Shown one piece after another: positions 52,201 through 64,000 of a DNA stretch of 64,000 nucleotides. The stretch is from Patellaria atrata CBS 101060 (lineage: Eukaryota), in contig MU006091.1 in NCBI GenBank assembly GCA_010093705.1, positions 1,550,001-1,614,000 of the forward strand, given 5' to 3'. The position numbers and the translations under genes were made by a program. The first letter of the stretch is position 1, and each line of letters starts with the position of its first letter. The notes beneath the pieces were generated by a model. It was not told the DNA's origin. It saw only the letters and a program-made list of their open reading frames with translations, and made no database searches.

Positions 52201-53549
52201 ATGCAGGCCTTCAGACGCCCCATTGTCTCTGCACTGCAGACCGGCAGAAGGAGCTACTCTGCCGCTACCTCCGCATACAATTCCACAAACATAAACTTAC
52301 GCCTCACCAAAGATACAAAGGTCATATTTCAAGGCTTTACGGGAAAGCAGGGAACGTAAGTTTGGTCCATGCTTGATTCTATGGGCAATGTCTAACGAGT
52401 AATAAGCTTCCACGCCCGGCAAGCCATCGAATATGGTACTCTTTTCTAAACCCTCCGATAAGAAATACAACAGAAGATTGATTATTTTCAGGCACAAATG
52501 TCGTAGGCGGAACGAATCCTAAGAAGGCGGGCGAGACACATCTTGATAGACCAGTTTTTGCGAAGGTAGCAGACGCTGTAAAAGAAGTCGGCGCAGATGC
52601 ATCAGCTATATTTGTACCGTACGCGCATTCCGGGTTCAAATATCTCTACACTCAGCTCATCTAACAACGAACAGTCCGCCTCTTGCAGCAAAGGGCATTG
52701 AAGAGGCTATCGAAGCAGAGATCCCGTTGGTTGTCTGGTGAGTTGTATATTGGATATGGAGACATACGAAGCTAACCTCGGGTAGCATTACCGAAGGCAT
52801 TCCGCAGCATGGTGAGAAGTATACCGCCAATTGACTCGAATCTATCTCTAACAGCTATAGATATGGTCCGTATTACAGACATCCTAAAGACGCAGGGCAA
52901 GACACGGTTAGTAGGACCTAACTGTCCCGGTATCATCGCTCCCGTACGTATCTATCACGCTCTCGCCATATCTATTACTTATGATATTCAGGGTCAATGT
53001 AAGATTGGTATTATGCCTGGCTTCATCCACAAACGTGGTCGCATCGGTATTGTCTCGCGATCAGGCACTCTTACTTACGAAGCCGTGAATCAAACCACGC
53101 AAGCCGGCCTTGGACAATCCCTCGTTGTTGGTATTGGTGGTGATCCCTTCTCCGGAACTAACTTCATCGATTGCTTGGATGTCTTCCTCAAGGACGAGGA
53201 GACGGATGGAATAATTATGATCGGAGAGATTGGTGGCTCCGCAGAGGAGGATGCCGCAGACTTCTTGAAGGCCAACAACACGGAGAACAAACCCGTCGTT
53301 AGCTTTATCGCTGGTATTTCCGCTCCTCCAGGGAGACGAATGGGCCATGCTGGTGAGTAGTCCTCCGGTTATATTTCATACCACGAGAGATACTGACCAG
53401 TTCATATAGGCGCCATTGTCAGCGGAGGAAAGGGTGATGCGAACTCCAAAATTACAGCATTGGAAGCTGCAGGTGTTATTGTAGAACGCAGCCCAGCCGC
53501 TCTGGGCAAGACGCTACATAGCGAGTTTGTGAAGCGTGATTTGATATAG
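52201..53549 (+). CDS. LSC1: Succinyl-CoA ligase alpha subunit, mitochondrial, many short exons
   Basis: [55 protein letters not shown] and RMGHAG (phospho-His). Confidence 0.96.
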
Positions 53550-53895
53550 AAAGATACCTTTGGATTTTTATGAGTAGTGACTCTGAGGCCTGGACAGGCT
53601 TTCCCCAGCTGCTGTATTTATGCATTACCCCCTTGGTTTTCTGCTTTTAAGCTGTAAATCTAGTTAGAACTGGCGGCGCTTTGTACGCTGAATACTCCCG
53701 TCAAAAGGTATTTTCTTATTCCGGACTATTCACAACTGGGAAAGAGCAGACGGTGAAGCAGCAAACGGTGGAAGTCACGATATGATAACTAATAGCTCTG
53801 GATTCATATTTATTTCACTTTCTTGACCTTACAATAACTTCTAACATTCTCCACTCAATATTTGACTTCTTGAGATCAATCACCGAAACCCCATC

Positions 53896-55572
53896 ATGTC
53901 GCGCCCGCGGCCTCGGCTGTGGATGGACATGGGCATAGGCCCTGCAGAAATGATCTTCGAGAGTACAGTAGAGCCAGTGCCGCCGTCGGGGCTCACACCA
54001 ACAAGCTCCCCTTCCACTCCCCCCAAAGATGAGACCGACCTCATAGATTTCCACGAGGCCATAACTGGAGAACCTCGCCCGCCTCCTCCTCCGCCCAAAG
54101 ACGCTCCGACCCCGTTGCGGTCGCATACAATGCTTTCCGGCATCCTTATCTTCAATCAGAAAGGCGAAAACCTCATCTTTCGCGCCTTTCGCAACGACTG
54201 CCGCCCGCGACTCGCCGACGTCTTCCGAATCCAAGTCATATCCAATGCGCAGGTTCGCTCCCCCATCCTCACGCTAGGAAGCACGACATTCAGCCATGTG
54301 AAGCATGAAAATATCTATCTTGTGGCGGTGACGAAAAGTAATGCCAATGGGGCGCTCGTATTTGAGTTTTTGTATAGGTTAATTGGATTGGGCAAGGCAT
54401 ATTTTGGAAAGTTCGATGAGGAGGCTGTTAAGAATAATTTTGTGCTAGTTTATGAGCTTTTAGATGGTACGTCTCATGGTCTAGCTATCATGAGGAAAGA
54501 GCGCAATTGGCACAATATTTGAGATAGCTAATATGGTGTATAGAGATTCTGGATTTCGGATATCCCCAGAACACAGAGACAGATACCTTGAAGATGTATA
54601 TCACAACGGAGGGTGTAAAATCAGAACGTACTATGGTACAGCTTTTCCAATTGCGCTGCATCTTGCGTTCGAAAGCTGACTTCTGAGCAGGAGGACTCCT
54701 CAAGGATCACTATGCAAGCTACCGGTGCTCTCTCCTGGCGACGGGCTGACATCAAATACCGCAAGAACGAAGCTTTCGTTGATGTTATCGAAGATGTTAA
54801 TCTCCTTATGTCCGCAACAGGGACAGTACTTCGCGCAGATGTCAACGGTCAAATCATCATGCGAGCCTACCTCTCCGGGACCCCTGAATGCAAATTTGGT
54901 CTCAACGACCGCCTTACACTAGGTGAAGATGCCCTGGGTGCACCTTCTGGTAACAAAGCAGGGACCAAAGCAACACGAGCAGCTGCAGGTAGTGTTACGC
55001 TTGAGGACTGCCAGTTCCACCAATGTGTCAAGCTAGGCAAATTCGATACAGACAGGACAATTTCATTCATCCCTCCTGATGGCGAGTTCGAGCTCATGAG
55101 ATATCGCGCCACCGAGAATGTTAACCTACCCTTCAAGGTCCACGCTATTGTTAACGAGGTTGGTAAGACGAAGGTGGAGTATAGTATAGCTATTCGCGCA
55201 AATTACGGCTCAAAACTCTTCGCCACTAATGTCATTGTGCGAATACCGACCCCTCTTAACACCGCTCGCACTACTGAACGCACATCTCAAGGCAAAGCGA
55301 AGTATGAACCCGAGCACAATAACATTGTCTGGAAGATCCCACGGTTCACCGGTCAGAGCGAGTTCGTGCTCTCCGCTGAGGCGACCTTAACAAGCATGAC
55401 GAACCAAAAAGCTTGGAGTCGGCCACCGCTAAATCTAAACTTCAGCTTGCTGATGTTCACCAGTAGTGGACTATTGGTGAGGTACTTGAAGGTCTTTGAA
55501 AAGAGTAATTATAGTAGCGTGAAGTGGGTGAGGTATATGACACGCGCTGGCAACTATGAAATTAGGTTTTAG
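53896..55572 (+). CDS. APM4: AP-2 complex mu subunit; conserved start at 54130, in-frame upstream ATG at 53896
   Basis: [66 protein letters not shown] and VKWVRY. Two introns. Confidence 0.95.
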
Positions 55573-56900
55573 CCGGTGGAGTCACCCGTTTCGCGGTGTA
55601 ATAGGGTGCATTGAGGGCGTTTGGGGGCATTGCGTGGAGTTATGGGTTCTGAGTCGGTATGATCATTTTTTAGTATCTCCTTGTTGTCACGGTGCGCATT
55701 TTGAGAAGACCACCGTGGAAACATCGTACATGTAATGGTATAATATCAGATTTGATTTTGATAAGCTTCCATCTGTTTATACAGGCCAATCAGAAGTCGT
55801 TACGATCAAAACGGGCAGAACAATTTTTGTCAATTCTTACTCATAGCTCCCTTTGTTACACTCCGCCCTTCACTCACTTCATTCTAGCATTATCCACGCC
55901 AAAGAAATGCATCGTCTCTCTATATGACCACTTTCTGATCCCTCGGGGATCAGTCACACCGCCTTCCTCTATGACATTTTCGTCATGTCCCTAAACCTTT
56001 GGAACCTTTTCCATCTATATAAACCCATTCCTCTCTCAAACTTCAAATCTCTTTCTCTTCAAGAGATGCAGATGTTTGCATCGAACCTGAACACCCAATA
56101 AATACATTGATCGGAAACAGCAACGATGCACATTGACGACACGGCTATGGAGTGTGATTATGGGTCGGAACTTCCGGGGCTAGATCAGTGCTGACGAGGA
56201 GACGAATGACAGGACTGGGAATGAAGGAATTGACCGCTCTTTTGATGGTGTGATAATGATCATCCTTTCTATAAAATAGTCTCTTACGAGATCACCATAT
56301 CCCTATAACTCTCACCACCATGATTCATCATTATCGCTATTCCGACTCTCCATATGCTCCATGGAGGTTCGCCTTACCCGCATTCTTCCCGATTCTTTTC
56401 ACACTAATTTAATTATTTTCTTATTACGACAATGAATTCCATTCCTACCACCGTGGGTTGGCACGCTAGGCAAAGACAGCTTAATGATAAGTAGGTTATG
56501 AGGACCGTAGAAGTACTCATATACCTTTGGGGTCATACCACCAGTCTTTCGGTGTAGCGTGCACCGTCTGATACCGTCTTCCTGGTTTCTTGGGTCGTGT
56601 GGCCTTTGACGTTAGGTTTCCTTTACCGATTCAGTAACCGCTTTAAAGGTATATGAATTTCTTCCTTCTCCCTTGAACAGTTTTTTCGTTTTATACTTTA
56701 GGGTTCACTTCGAGGGTAAGATGAACCTTTCCCTTACATGTTATTATAGGCGTTACCCTTGCGAAAACAGGAGATTAAGAATTGCGTGTTTTTCGGCGAG
56801 TTTTACATAATGGGAGCGACGGTTGGACGTGGCAGAGAGTTGGACGTTTCCGGAAAAGTTCGAGGGGGAGAGAAGGGGAGGAGGGTCGTGATACTGATTA

Positions 56901-57017
56901 TCATCGCTTATTTTCTGAGCACCAACACCACCCCCTTTTTTCTTTTATTCATGTGTCATCGCTTATTTTCTGAGCACCAACACCACCCCCTTTTTTCTTT
57001 TATTCATGTGTCATCGC
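56901..57017. repeat. Perfect 55-bp tandem duplication plus 7-bp microhomology (tcatcgc)
   Basis: 56901-56955 is identical to 56956-57010, followed by a third tcatcgc. Confidence 0.95.
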
Positions 57018-58087
57018 CCCCAAAACCTTCAGATATCCGACGACATAGGCTCCGGTCAGTACTTAGGTCCTCGGGTGGTCCATAAAGGGGAAGCTGTACC
57101 CCGAGTCATCTCGTCTTCTAGTACGAACACTGGACGCGTGACATAGTTTCTTAGAACTACCCACCTATCCCTTATTTGAGATTTGCAGTTTTTGACGTCA
57201 TGGAGTCACATCTCTTAGAGCTGCTCAATCATCTATTCAGCTATATAAACCCTTCTCACCTTGTCCTAATATTCTTTGTTCTTGTCAACTTTCAACGGTC
57301 CCTTTTAGGAGAAAACACGTTTAACAGCCACTTATTTTCCATAAAGATGACCCGGTGATATTAAGAACCCTTGAGAAAGCGCCATTAGCCTTGCGGGTAT
57401 TCACGTAATATCAAAAACTGGGTTGTCGGTTGGGATGGGTGAGAGTCGAAGGTAAATACGAGGACAATAAGGGTGTGGGAGAATTGGGGTCAAGATGACG
57501 ATAATGCTCCTCAATGCCCATGAATGATCACCGCCACTGTCATGTTACTGTAGTCTGTATTATTAACACCAATACTCCCAGATCTCTGTTTGGTACGTAG
57601 CCTTCGTAATTATAAACGTGGATTCGTGCAAGGGGGTATCATAAGTCATATTTCTTTCCGATATAACCTCTGACACGCAAAGATCTTATTCCTTAGCCTT
57701 GCAACTTAACTCTCTTTGACGTAATAGTTGCCACCTATATCGAATACCCGTTTCCAAATATATAATCTCCTTTTCTTCCTCCCTCTAACTTTATTTTCGT
57801 TGTAATGAGGGTCCCTTATTGTTAAAGATACACAACCCGAAATCACTGCGCTTCAGCGTTCAGGACTCTAAGTATTATTAGTTTGTCTAGCCCGTAGAGC
57901 GTTCCATCGGAAGTGTCGGAAGGCATGCATATAAAACCTGAACGATGATATGGGAAATATCAATGAAGGGGGGGAGGGGGGGTGCAGTGAATATGATAAT
58001 GCCCACCATCACTCTTAGATCTTACCACCACTACTAATGTCATAAAATCTTGAGCACCACCAAACTAAATAATAGATAGGGTAGTTT

Positions 58088-58196
58088 AAAAGAAAAAAAA
58101 AAGCAAAAAGTCGAACCCAGGTGACTTTGAAGTCAACTGTGACGGCACTGCAGGTAGACGAAGTACCTGCCTACTCGGCCACATGCCCGGGTTCGA
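58088..58196 (-). ncRNA. Candidate structured Pol III-like small RNA or tRNA-derived element
   Basis: The minus strand folds into an 11-bp closing stem, a 6+7-bp arm and a 5-bp hairpin. It has an A-box TGGCCGAGTAGG, a B-box-like GGTTCGACT and an immediate T-run. Confidence 0.4.
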
Positions 58197-61100
58197 TAGA
58201 AGGAGTGCTTGGGGTTGCTTATGACTTGCGGACTGTGAGAGCAGTTACTTGTGGTTTTGTACTTGCCTTCCTTGCCTCGTGGTTTTTACATGTGTCTTCC
58301 TCCCCTTTAAGGTACCCCTTCCGTCCCAACTTCTCGAAATAATCCTAGAGCTGAGTAGAGGCCTGGACTTCCTACCAATACCCCTGTTATGGGATTTTGC
58401 ACGAATCTTCCATTCCACGCTTCTCCACTCTTCGGAAGAACGCACAAGGGTGTATGAAAAAGAAAGACAGTTTGAAAGGTGAGGAAGGGTCTTTATATAG
58501 AGGAACAGGAGAAGGGGTTCTTCATTATAGGTGTGACGTCAATTGTCATTCGTCTAGAAGGAACCCCTTTCTTTCGCTAAGAAAACATCTTCTTTCCGTT
58601 CCAAGCTCCTTTTATCTTTGCCTCACTCCGTGCCTCCTACAGATGAATTCTCCTTCAGAGCCAGACGACCAACAAATTGGTGTTGTGCGCTTAAGTTCTA
58701 TACACCGTCCCGATTCGGTGCTTGAAGAATTTATGAGCGGAACTGTGTGCCTTAACAAAGCGAAGATTTTGTGGGAAAGGTGGCAAGATGAAAAGGTGAC
58801 GATGTTCGGTGACGATGATAATCATCACCACCATCGAATGGTAGCTAATAGTACCACTATATCCTCTCTCCATCCTTACCTACACTTGGTACTCTATTAT
58901 AACATAACATATCATAAAGCGTCCGTTTCCAATCCTCGAAATAGATCTCGTAACTATCCCCTCCCCCTGTTCTTAACCTTGTCATTGTGGCTGTCATGGC
59001 TCAACCTCAGATGAAAGCTGAAATGTATATTGCGATATGTGCATGAAGCTTAAACTTAAGGAAAGAAAGTGTTGAGACAGCATATGCTGTTCTGCTAAAG
59101 TACAGTATGACTAAGCTGCTGGATCATCCACAGATCCAAGGCACTTATACCTATCGGGTCTAACCCGTGACAGTGGCAGACTCCCACAAGAATCATAACT
59201 CTATATGACGGGTAGTGTTGACCGATTATGACCAAGAGGCATCGTACCACACTTAATGATTATGATGTTGAAAGAGAATATGAAGAAAGCCTGAAGTAGC
59301 TAGAGAGAAAGCTTTCATTGACGAGAGAGATATGTGTGGGTTGATTCTAGGGGACGTTATAAGTCACTTTCTATATCGAAGCCTCTTTCTTTGGATATAT
59401 AAGCTTCTTTTTCTCTTATCAATGCTGTTTTCCTTCTTTCATCAAGTTTAGCATCGCATATAGTGGCAATACTAGGTAGACTTTGCCAAGTTGACAAGTT
59501 AGAGACATTTGGACGGATAAATCCCCAATCTAGTGTTTATTCCTCGGAAGGAGTGTGTGAAAAATGCGGTCAGGATATTGATGAGGGGAGAGGGGAGGTT
59601 AAAAGACTTTACAGAAGCATAATTGCGATGACCACTATTCGTATCAAATTCCTCATTGTCTCCATCTCTAAGGATGGTAGCGATCATCATATCTCTTTAG
59701 TCCCTAATCTCATAATCACAGATCTCTTATACACTGTACCCTCTCCTTACGTCTCTACACCATATCCTATTCCTCCAACCAGCGTACCCAATGAAGGTGG
59801 ACTTATTTCAAACCAAAATGGGGAGCTAGTAGTACGTGCACGTTCCCACTCCCAACAGGGAATGGTAAACTTTGAGGGATGGTTTTCCTCTTCGATAACC
59901 TGCTTAATGTTCGTGGAGAGTCTCTACGAACAGTTGTTTATCCTTCTGTTCGTGGTGTCACATCGTAATATGGCTGATATCATGTTACCCGCCTGAGACT
60001 CCTAGGTTATGCATCTTCTGTAGCTATACAATCTGTCCCTTCCCTTCGTAGCCTTCTTTCCTTTCCTTCAAGTATGCATACAGGAGAAACGGGCGTCCTT
60101 AGAAATCAGGTTGCGTGGTTTCAGCAAAGGAATCGCAGTCACTCATGTGCATCAGGGCGAATCAAGGACAATGTTTGGTCTCGACGAGGAAAAACCCAAA
60201 GATTAGGAAGATCATGACTATCATCACGTCCTGATATTCAGTACTATCATTGTAACTCACCAACATTGGACAGCATAGCGACAACCGCAAATTCTGGCCG
60301 CTTTTGAGTTCAACTCGGCCCTGAGTTTGCGTCTGGGTAGGAGCGTAGCCCAGCCAGGATATTCGATAACGGATACCGCTTTCTATTTACTGCTTTTTGA
60401 TCGCTCAAAGAATGAAAAAAAAAACTGCATAGAAGGGGAGAGGAACGCTTATATAGTCGAGAGTTTCTTCTAGCGCGCATAAGATCAACTAGATGTCCTC
60501 CGATATCCCTTAGACCCTTACAGATCAGCAGATGAGATATCTTCTTTTGAGCAACTAGCTATGCACTATGCCTATAAAACTTCATACTGCATGACATAGT
60601 TTGACCGCCTCCATTGCCTCCTTGTTAGTCTTTATGAACACCTTCATTTTTTTCTCCCAGTCTCCGTTTCTCTCTTCTTTCAGGGAAAGGGTAGGTTCGC
60701 TTTGGTAGCACTCGAATTTCACTGCCGCGGTTCACATACCTTTCCGATATTCGGAGTTTAGGAGCCGGTGCTGGAGTTCATACAATACCTTGTAGCCTTC
60801 CGCGTGATTGGGTGCGGATTCAATGAGGAATAGTACGGAGATGCGAAACCTAGACCTAAGTTAAATAGGGTGCTCATGGTGATTGCTATTAAGATTTAGA
60901 GATGCTGAACATCATACTTTTCGCTCAAACCAGCGCTCGTAAAAGGTGGTACTTTGCTATAGATCCTTAAACACATTCTCGAATCACCGGATGAGGTTGG
61001 GGGCGAGTATTCGCCCTGTCTCTGCCCCATCCACCTTTCAAGCATGGCTATGACTCGTAAAGGCGTACTACAACAAGATGACACCGTTACTATAGACACT

Positions 61101-64000
61101 AAGTTACAATTAGTTGTAGTCGGTGTCGTGGTCCTTGCATTGGGTAGTGAAGACCAGGTTGGTCTGAAGTGACTGCTTGATCTTGGCTATAAGGGGTTGA
61201 GAAAGCGGAAGATGATAATAGTGCCCTTTACCCTCCCTTCACTTCAATAAGCCCTTTTTTTTTTTAATTTCATTGTATTGCATTATCTACAATACTGCGC
61301 ATGCAGCCTTCAAGCTATGGCGCAACTCCCTATATACATAAATCCCTTTTCAGGGGCCCTTATATGCTTAGTGAAGTATTCAGTAGTTTAATCCGCTGAT
61401 AATTTATGTATAAAGAAATTCATTACGTTTAAACTCCATACAAAGGAAATTGTTGGAAAACCGTCTTTCTTCCTCTTTATCATCTCTTTTCTAATTCCAG
61501 TTCTATGCCATACTGCCCTAATAGGGACTAATCAAATGATCGTTAGATGCTAGCCATTATGGATTTCTCATTTGGTGATGTACCGTCAGTTTCCGTGCTG
61601 AAAATGTAGTCGAAATTGGGTAGCAAACTGGGTGTGGTTCGTGTGAACATGGATGAAAAGCTTGAGGTGCGATGGAGATAAAGATGGTGGTGATACCTAC
61701 CTGCTCGATCATCCAGCCCTTAGTTCACCCTTTGAATCGTTCTGGATTGGACAAAAGTCAGAAGATCAAAGGGTGAGCGTTCTATTACGTAAATAAAACT
61801 TTTTCGCTCCTTACGATCCATCGCTATTCATCTTCTATCTGCAGAAATCAAAAGCCGCTGGAGGTTTCGATGAAAAGGAAGAACATTGGGGACGTATACA
61901 CACCGTATTCTCAGTTAATTGTGGGGACAGCATTTTTCTTCAATAGCAGCCCTAGCCCGACGGTAACGGGGCATAAGACGGATGTTGTGTCTGTTGACTT
62001 TGGCGATGATATAGACGAAAGAAGACATCGTAAAAGTGATCGTAATGATCGGCACCTTAATTATCAATGCGGAACATCATTATGATAACGCTCAGGTTTC
62101 TATCAAAGCAGTCTGAAGCACCAGTCCTCCCTTTCTCTCAATTTCTACAATGCCCTCTTCACTTTCGAATCTTCCTTTTTGTATTACTCAAACGGCGGGA
62201 CCCTCTGGCATTGATGGGTATTGCCTCGCTCCCGGGGTTCCAAATAGTGCAAACCCACCTGGATGAGCGAGAGCGCAAGATAGAATGATCATGATGACGG
62301 GAAAAGAGTAAAGGTGTTTACCGCCTTCCGATTGCGGCATTCGCAGAGTTCGTAGATCACAAGTACCAGGTCAAGGCCGTGTGCCTCCTTCCTCTATATA
62401 AAGTTCTTCCTCTTACTTCTTCTTCAAACATCCCTCCTTGAGCAAATGCCAAATCTCGACTAGGGAGGGCTGAGTAGAGTTCCAGAGTTTCAAAGTCTCG
62501 CAAATAATTGCTAGTGAAAAAAAGCAACTGTCACTATTCGGAGCTCTCACCCACATGTCTAACTTAAAGCTTCGTGTTTAGAAATTTAGGAATTGGGGAA
62601 AGGAGCGTGACTACCCGATTTTGAACGCCTCTGGGTATTATAATACAGAGGAAGGATCTAGTTTGTGAGTAATGATAATGATCATCATTATTTTTCAACC
62701 AGGCCTTGATATGCTAAGTCTAAGACCTGGTGGAGTTGCTGTCACTAGATCATGCTCTGCCTTCTTTTATCCATATAATACTCGTCGTCATGATTCTTCT
62801 CTGTCTTTTGTTTCTTTCCCATTGCCTTCTCTCACCAACGAGCTTTACGGCGGAAGTAGTGGGCGAAGAGGAAGGGCTGAAGAATCAATCCTCATATATT
62901 GGGCGGGGGAAAGCTCGTCGAAAGTTGGATAGAACTGCCATTGTGTTTAGGAGAAACCGGCCATAGAATGAAAGAAGATGTTTGGAGGCGATGCGTTCCT
63001 ATTCCGTTTTGGGGACCATTTAGATCGAGAAGATGAAGAGAAGTAATCGTAGCGATACTGAGTATCTTCATCTTCCGTTTCAACATCAGCTTGCGATCAC
63101 AAGTCCATACTCTTAAATATCTTGACATCATAGTCACCAAATATGACTCCTCTTCCTTTCTTATTTAACCCCTTTTGTCCGTTTCACATTCTCTCATATA
63201 CCACCTCCGCAACGGCGGTTTTGAGCATGAAGAGGGTAGCAAGACGAGTGGATGGGGATCTGGCAGCCGATTTTCCGTTTACCACACAATTAGTGCCTGT
63301 GCCGAAGCATTCCGTAGGAACTGTGAAGACTTGGGTCGGTGTGGTTATCATTACACCTCTTGGACCTACTCGAACTCTTACCCACTAAAATTCCATCCTC
63401 TTCTCTCCTCCACTCTTCACAAATAGAGTCTGTATGATTTTCTGTCGATGTGGGAATCCCTCTACCCCTCAAATCGAATGTAACTATGTCTGCTCCTCGG
63501 AGACAATTATTACTCAACGCAGAGGCTGTGAAGAGGTGGAAAGAAATTCAAAGAATGCTTGAGGTAGGGTACAGGACGTTAATATGGATGTAAGGTAGAA
63601 TGTAGCGTGTCGAAGCGAATATGGCGTCAGGTGAGTAACGGACTAAGACTATGAATGAGAATGAGTGTGAATCTATCAGACGATAGTTATATGCATTGAA
63701 GGCATAGTCGCATGACTGAGCGGGCCCGAACTTGCTGCTCTTTTCACTATATAAGCCCTAAACCCTTCTTTTTCACTCTCTTCTCTTTCTTTATCGGTGG
63801 TTCAGGGTGCGGCAACACGAAATAATTTATCTCGAGCCGAAAGTCATTGGGGTCTGGATCCTAAATAAGTGTGAGGGCAGTGATGCTAATATGAAAAGAG
63901 AAGATATATTGTGGAGGTAGGGATCAAAGGGAATGGGTACGGGAGGAAACGGTAGTTATGCTAATAATGATAATTGTATTTGATACTTCGAAGCTGAGCT

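Noticed and set aside
56901..57017. CRISPR-like repeat
   Set aside because: Two adjacent copies with no spacer, in a eukaryotic genome.
58111..58190. Intact tRNA-Leu/Ser gene
   Set aside because: No 3' T-stem or acceptor strand and no canonical anticodon arm.
58397..59996. 205-aa and 177-aa ORFs
   Set aside because: Non-ATG starts, low-complexity composition and no recognisable domain.
58111..60500. Telomerase RNA (CR4/5-like junction topology)
   Set aside because: The small hairpin lacks a P6.1-type loop and no CTAACCCTAA template was found upstream on that strand.

Overview
A 64 kb window of a filamentous ascomycete (Pezizomycotina-type) nuclear genome with short GT-AG introns and CTAAC/CTGAC branch points. 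It holds 19 intact conserved genes, mostly in divergent pairs: a GARS-only purine ligase, a hotdog thioesterase, an MFS transporter, a MINDY deubiquitinase, TRM6, an aldo-keto reductase, an ALR1-like CorA transporter, SPC1, RBX1, an Edc1/PNRC-like decapping activator, an intronless non-RD kinase, UFD1, LIN1, MSW1, RVS161, ELP3, LSC1 and AP-2 mu. These islands are separated by four gene-poor blocks (about 15.6-18.6, 29.0-35.4, 38.5-45.8 and 55.6-64 kb) containing decayed genes, degenerate duplications and candidate microprotein genes. The best leads are: (1) an intact 53-aa Cys/His microprotein missed by the ORF track, next to a decayed large gene and the kinase; (2) an in-frame 78-aa N-terminal extension of AP-2 mu with clathrin-box-like and proline-rich motifs; (3) an 86-nt strand-specific three-way-junction RNA with Pol III-like A/B boxes and a T-run; (4) an ORF-less array of TATA plus pyrimidine-tract modules; (5) a monofunctional GARS; and (6) a long hairpin between convergent 3' ends. 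No rRNA, intact tRNA, CRISPR array or intact transposon was seen. Exon boundaries were read by eye and family assignments come from motif recognition, not database searches.
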